From Aliivibrio fischeri ES114 (lineage in GTDB: Bacteria; Pseudomonadota; Gammaproteobacteria; Enterobacterales; Vibrionaceae), in NCBI RefSeq assembly GCF_000011805.1, contig NC_006841.2: DNA of 32,000 nt, one strand, 5' to 3'. Positions within the stretch are counted from its first letter, which is position 1; each line of letters begins with the position of its first letter. Below the pieces are notes generated by a model. It was given only the letters and a program-made list of their open reading frames with translations. It did no database searches and had not been told where the DNA came from. The translations under genes were made by a program, and so were the position numbers. Shown piece after piece: positions 27,803 to 32,000 of the stretch.

Positions 27803-28702
27803 TCAAATGGTTATTGTTGATACACAATTTCTTCCTTGTTTTTTTGCTTTATATAACTGCTGATCCGTAATTTCTAACAGGTAAGGTATCGGCTGAATTT
27901 GTTCTGCATTAATCAAAGTAGCGCCAACACTAATACTTATTCTTTTATGAAATGAAAAGTCATGAGTGATATTCAAATCATAGATACATTGACGTAGTAA
28001 TTCCGCTGTTTGCCTTAATTGCTCAAGGTCAGTATCGAATTGAATTAAAATAAACTCTTCTCCACCGTATCGGTAAACTCTATCTGTTTTTCTTTGTAAG
28101 GTTTTCATTAACGCTTTCGCGACTCTAACAAGCACCTCATCCCCAGCAGAGTGTCCATAGTTATCGTTATAGAGTTTAAAATGGTCAATATCAAACATGA
28201 TTAAACTAAAATTAGCCTGTAATCGTTGGCTTTCGGCCCATCGATTTTCTAAATCAAAATCAAACATACGACGATTGAGCAAATTAGTTAATCCATCTAA
28301 AGATGCATGTTTTTCTAATAAATCCGATTTGAGCTTAAGCGCTAACTGATTACGAATACGTTTTTGTAAAATAACAGCGTGAAATGGTTTAGTTACAAAA
28401 TCAACAGCACCAAGATCTAAGGCACGAATTTCATCTTCCGTAGATTGATTCACAGTAATCACAATAATGGGAATGTCTTTCGTTGTTTCACTATTTTTAA
28501 GTTTTTCTATTACCTCAAACCCTCCCATGATAGGCATATGAATATCCAATAACACCAAGTCGATACGTTCTTGGTGAATAACATCAAGAGCTTCCTGTCC
28601 ATTTGTAACTGAAATACATGTGAATGCCTTTAATAACCGCTGCAGTACAAGACGGCTCACAGGTTCATCTTCTGCAATTAAAATTTTTTGGTCAGTTAAC
28701 AT
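27803..28702 (-). CDS. Response regulator with C-terminal GGDEF domain (probable diguanylate cyclase)
   Basis: REC domain ILIAEDEPVSRLVLQRLL, VLLDIHMPIMGG, DFVTKPF; GGDEF domain with RKTDRVYRYGGEEF (intact GGEEF and an RxxD I-site). Confidence 0.93.
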   Translation of the reverse strand: MLTDQKILIAEDEPVSRLVLQRLLKAFTCISVTNGQEALDVIHQERIDLVLLDIHMPIMGGFEVIEKLKNSETTKDIPIIVITVNQSTEDEIRALDLGAVDFVTKPFHAVILQKRIRNQLALKLKSDLLEKHASLDGLTNLLNRRMFDFDLENRWAESQRLQANFSLIMFDIDHFKLYNDNYGHSAGDEVLVRVAKALMKTLQRKTDRVYRYGGEEFILIQFDTDLEQLRQTAELLRQCIYDLNITHDFSFHKRISISVGATLINAEQIQPIPYLLEITDQQLYKAKKQGRNCVSTITI

Positions 28703-28868
28703 ACATCACCAACTTCCATAGTAAGAACCTCTGCTTTATTGATACCATAATTTTCATAGAAAGAATGTGATTCATAAAAAGAAATCTTAACCTATTGTTT
28801 ATAAATGATATGTTTTTTATTATTTATCTTCTATAGTTAAAATATATAAAATCAATGGGTGAGTAATA

Positions 28869-29198
28869 GTGATTAATATTAGCATATTAGAAGAAATGTT
28901 TGATGGCGATAAAGATATACTCCGCCAATTGTTCGAACTCTATCTAGAAGAGCACTCAACACTTTCAGATACAATAAATGAACAATATAAAAACAATAAG
29001 TTACCTGAATTATTTCGCACTTTTCATACCCTTTATGGGGCATTAAGCAATTTATGTGAAGAAGATATTTTACCTTTAATTAAAGCAATTGAAGCCAATG
29101 CCAAAAACCATGAGACACCGCCTCAACACTCTATAGATTCAGTAATAGCTGAACTAGCGAAAATAAAACAACAAATGACAGATTATTTAAATGATTAG
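28869..29198 (+). CDS. Stand-alone Hpt-domain phosphotransfer protein (GTG start)
   Basis: DKDILRQLFELYLEEHSTLSDTINEQ...LPELFRTFHTLYGALSNLCEEDILPLIKAIEANA; His in an Hpt-like HTLxG helix. Confidence 0.7.
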   Translation: MINISILEEMFDGDKDILRQLFELYLEEHSTLSDTINEQYKNNKLPELFRTFHTLYGALSNLCEEDILPLIKAIEANAKNHETPPQHSIDSVIAELAKIKQQMTDYLND

Positions 29199-29268
29199 CA
29201 TAAATTCTCCCATACCTCTTAACGATATGGGAGAAGAGTCGCATATGACTTATAACTGAGCAGTCATA

Positions 29269-30849
29269 CTAAGCAATAGCTGACATTTTTTCCCTTTCAA
29301 TTAACTTTAATGACCAATTTATAATACTATCAATATCTTGAGGTTTACTAATATAATAACCCTGCACATAATCACAGCCTAATTCTTGTAATTCAGCAAA
29401 CAAATGTTCATCTTCTACCCCTTCGGCTACCACATTACAGCCCAAACTATGTGCAAGATAAATCGTCGATGCCACTATTGCATAGTCACTATTACCAACA
29501 GCCATATTCCTAATAAATGATTGGTCAATTTTAATTTGATTAAATGCCAATATTCTTAACAAGGATAAAGAGGAGTACCCTGTACCGAAATCATCAATAC
29601 TGATATAAAAACCCAACTCTGACAATTTAGATAACATCAAATAGGCTGCATCTACATCAGACATTAACGCACTTTCCGTGACTTCTAAAATCATACTCGA
29701 TGGTTCAAGATGCTTATTTACTACCATATCAAATAATTGGTTATACAAATCATCATCATATAGGTCCAATGTGGAGATATTGATATGAACTTGAAAGTTT
29801 AAATTATCGTTCTTTAATCGAATAATATCTGAAGCTACTTGACTCACAACCCACTGAGTGATGCCTTTGATATAATTGTTTTTTTCAGCAATTGAAATGA
29901 ATTTATCTGGAGGGATCATACTGCCATCTTTTTGTGGCCAACGGATCAGCGCTTCATAACCATGTAGAGTTTTATCTATACTATTTACAATAGGTTGATA
30001 ATAAAGCTCAAATTCTTTATTCGGAATAGCATGAACTAATTTACTCAAAATATCGACTTCATCATTAATAGATTGCGCATAATTTTCTGAATAAAAATCA
30101 ATAACTAAACCCAGTTTTTTCGCTTTGTAACAAGCAATATCTACTCGTTTAAGCATTTCATCCGCATTATCAATATCATTCGAGTAGATCACATTACCTA
30201 TAATTGGCTGTAATATGAAATTTTTACCTTTCATTTTAATAGGTTGAATGAGTAGTTCATACACCTCTAAAGCAATATTGTTAATTTTGTCCTTATTCGT
30301 TAAATTTCCAATAATTATAATTTCATTAGTATCGTAAAAAATAGACACATTCCTATCATTACGATGCTTCTTAACTAATAGGGATGCATAAGATAAAATG
30401 CTATTAAATGTTTTATCCGATGAATACTCAATTAGTGTTCTATAATTTTGTATTTTAATCTTTGTTAAGTTAAATAAATCACCATTATTAATTTTATCTT
30501 CAATAAGAGTTTTATATATTTTTACTTTATTAGTTATGACTTCTATTTCATCATTATTAGATACCGTTTTAGCTATCTTGTTTGTTATCAAAATAAAAAT
30601 GAATGCTAATTGAGTGAAAAAAGTAACACTAATTAACATCGAGATATCTACATAGTCTTTTAGTCCCTTTTCTAAAAGCATATTTTCAATATATACAAAT
30701 CCAATAAAATATATGAATAAAAGTATATAAGTTAATATTCTCTTTGATAGTTCATTATTCTTAACAAGATCATAAATTCCTTTAGATAACAAAACTAAAG
30801 AAACAACATTAGCAAACAACAACAATTTTAAAATAACGCCATCATCCAT
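29269..30849 (-). CDS. Membrane protein with degenerate GGDEF and intact EAL domain (probable c-di-GMP phosphodiesterase)
   Basis: N-terminal hydrophobic segments; no GGDEF signature; EAL catalytic motifs present: GYEALIRW, VHINIST, ILEVTESAL, ISIDDFGTGYSSL, IKIDQSF, VAEGVE, DYVQGYYISKP. Confidence 0.92.
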   Translation of the reverse strand: MDDGVILKLLLFANVVSLVLLSKGIYDLVKNNELSKRILTYILLFIYFIGFVYIENMLLEKGLKDYVDISMLISVTFFTQLAFIFILITNKIAKTVSNNDEIEVITNKVKIYKTLIEDKINNGDLFNLTKIKIQNYRTLIEYSSDKTFNSILSYASLLVKKHRNDRNVSIFYDTNEIIIIGNLTNKDKINNIALEVYELLIQPIKMKGKNFILQPIIGNVIYSNDIDNADEMLKRVDIACYKAKKLGLVIDFYSENYAQSINDEVDILSKLVHAIPNKEFELYYQPIVNSIDKTLHGYEALIRWPQKDGSMIPPDKFISIAEKNNYIKGITQWVVSQVASDIIRLKNDNLNFQVHINISTLDLYDDDLYNQLFDMVVNKHLEPSSMILEVTESALMSDVDAAYLMLSKLSELGFYISIDDFGTGYSSLSLLRILAFNQIKIDQSFIRNMAVGNSDYAIVASTIYLAHSLGCNVVAEGVEDEHLFAELQELGCDYVQGYYISKPQDIDSIINWSLKLIEREKMSAIA

Positions 30850-30895
30850 ATAAATACAACCTCAACATATCCATGACATTAAATATGAAACAATA

Positions 30896-31780
30896 TCAAC
30901 CCAGTGCTATTTCTAAATCCAATTTGTTTTTCTTAAAAATAGTATTCAACTTAATGAGTGTTTCAGATTGTATTTGTCGAACTCTTTCTTTTGATAAATC
31001 CAGATCTTTACCTAAATCCTCTAATGTCTTAACTTTACATCCAAACAACCCATAGCGATTGATGATGATCTCTTTCTCTCTGTAATTTAAAGAATCAATC
31101 CAAGACGACAAATTCATTTCTAAGTTATTTTGAGATAAAGAACTATCAGGCTCTAATGCTTTATTATTTGATGAAAGTTCAAAAAACTTCGGAGACAACT
31201 CATCACTACATGCAGAATGGCAAGTCAGTTGGTTAGGTATCAAACTTATAATCTTACTTACTTTAATTTGTTCTTCTTCACAGTAAGTCGAAATGTCTCT
31301 AATAGAAGGTTCACGTTTTAATGATTTAGATAACTCACGAGCTGCTCTAAGGTAAGTATTTAGCTCTTTAGTTATATGGACAGGAAGACGAACAGTTCTA
31401 GAATGATTAAACAACGCACTTTCAATGGATTCTCGAATCCACCAAACAGCATAAGTTGAAAAGCGATACCCTAATTCGGGATTAAATTTATCAATTGCTT
31501 TGATTAATCCCAAATTACCTTCTTCAATAATGTCTAAAATTGCTAAATCAGTCTGGTTTCTTTTTCGATATTTATTCGCAACTTTAACAACAAGCCTCAG
31601 ATTTGATTCAATTAATGTATTCCTTGCTGAAACATCCCCTTTTTTATAAAGTCGACTATAGGCCAACTCCTCTTCTGCAGTAAGTAACTGATAGCGATTT
31701 ATTTCCTTTAAATATAAAGAATATGAATCGTTTAAACCCTGTTCTTCGCAGACTCTCATATCTAACTTTGCATAAGCCAT
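30896..31780 (-). CDS. Small RpoS-like sigma-70 factor (candidate RpoQ)
   Basis: Region 2 NTLIESNLRLVVKVANKYRKRN...IIEEGNLGLIKAIDKFNPELGYRFSTYAVWWIRESIESALFNHSRTVRLPVHITKELN; region 4.2 TLEDLGKDLDLSKERVRQIQSETLIKL; 294 aa. Confidence 0.88.
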   Translation of the reverse strand: MAYAKLDMRVCEEQGLNDSYSLYLKEINRYQLLTAEEELAYSRLYKKGDVSARNTLIESNLRLVVKVANKYRKRNQTDLAILDIIEEGNLGLIKAIDKFNPELGYRFSTYAVWWIRESIESALFNHSRTVRLPVHITKELNTYLRAARELSKSLKREPSIRDISTYCEEEQIKVSKIISLIPNQLTCHSACSDELSPKFFELSSNNKALEPDSSLSQNNLEMNLSSWIDSLNYREKEIIINRYGLFGCKVKTLEDLGKDLDLSKERVRQIQSETLIKLNTIFKKNKLDLEIALG

Positions 31781-32000
31781 AACATATCCTTGTACCTAGC
31801 TGTTTTATATCTCTAGCTATTTTATATTTATTGTTATCAACTGTTTTTCAGTTGTAAATAAACTATGGTATAAAGACTAACAAGCGGCAATACCGTAAAT
31901 TAATTTTCATAAAAAAAAATAAAGATTTGTTATTAAGATCACAAGTAATTTAATTAAATTCTCACATATAAGACGACAATATATTGACACATAACTACTT

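Noticed and set aside
29206-29236. TTCTCCCATA / TATGGGAGAA 10-bp hairpin between the Hpt and EAL genes
   Set aside because: Probably a terminator for the converging genes, but it lacks a good T tract on either side, so it was not listed as a supported terminator.
31821-31846. Possible LuxR/LitR-type quorum site upstream of the sigma factor (TTATTGTTATCAA-like)
   Set aside because: Only one half resembles the recalled consensus; too weak to claim in an AT-rich leader.

Overview
The window comes from a gammaproteobacterium of the Vibrio/Aliivibrio type, judged from protein character only. It is dominated by a glycosaminoglycan (GAG; chondroitin- or hyaluronan-type) utilisation locus at about 2.5-26.2 kb. 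The locus contains: a DUF2264/GH154-like protein, an exported sulfatase plus its anaerobic radical-SAM maturase, an exported PL8-family lyase, an FTR1-type permease preceded by a Fur-box-like sequence, and a long minus-strand operon. That operon runs agaR-like regulator > gatZ/kbaZ-like > agaS-like > mannose-family PTS EIIB-EIIC-EIID-EIIA > N-acetylhexosamine-6-P deacetylase > kduI > kduD > GH105-like unsaturated uronyl hydrolase. A second sulfatase (Tat-type lipoprotein signal), a KdgM-type porin and a GH20 lipoprotein complete the set. Flanks: a TMAO/DMSO-type molybdoenzyme at the left edge (truncated, missing from the ORF track), and to the right a DUF1097 gene, three tRNAs (Asn, Thr, Ser), a response-regulator/GGDEF protein divergent from a lone Hpt protein, a degenerate-GGDEF/EAL membrane protein and a small RpoS-like sigma factor (possible rpoQ). 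The observations I rate highest are: an apparent GH154+GH105 enzyme set with no GH88 gene visible in the window; a shared ATCGAAAGT motif in the two divergent promoter regions; a KdgR-like box and a perfect 16-bp inverted repeat inside the long operon; a duplicated NPxxLxDGIDExQ motif in an N-terminal extension of EIID; and the c-di-GMP/sigma-factor cluster. No CRISPR array, transposase or phage module was found.
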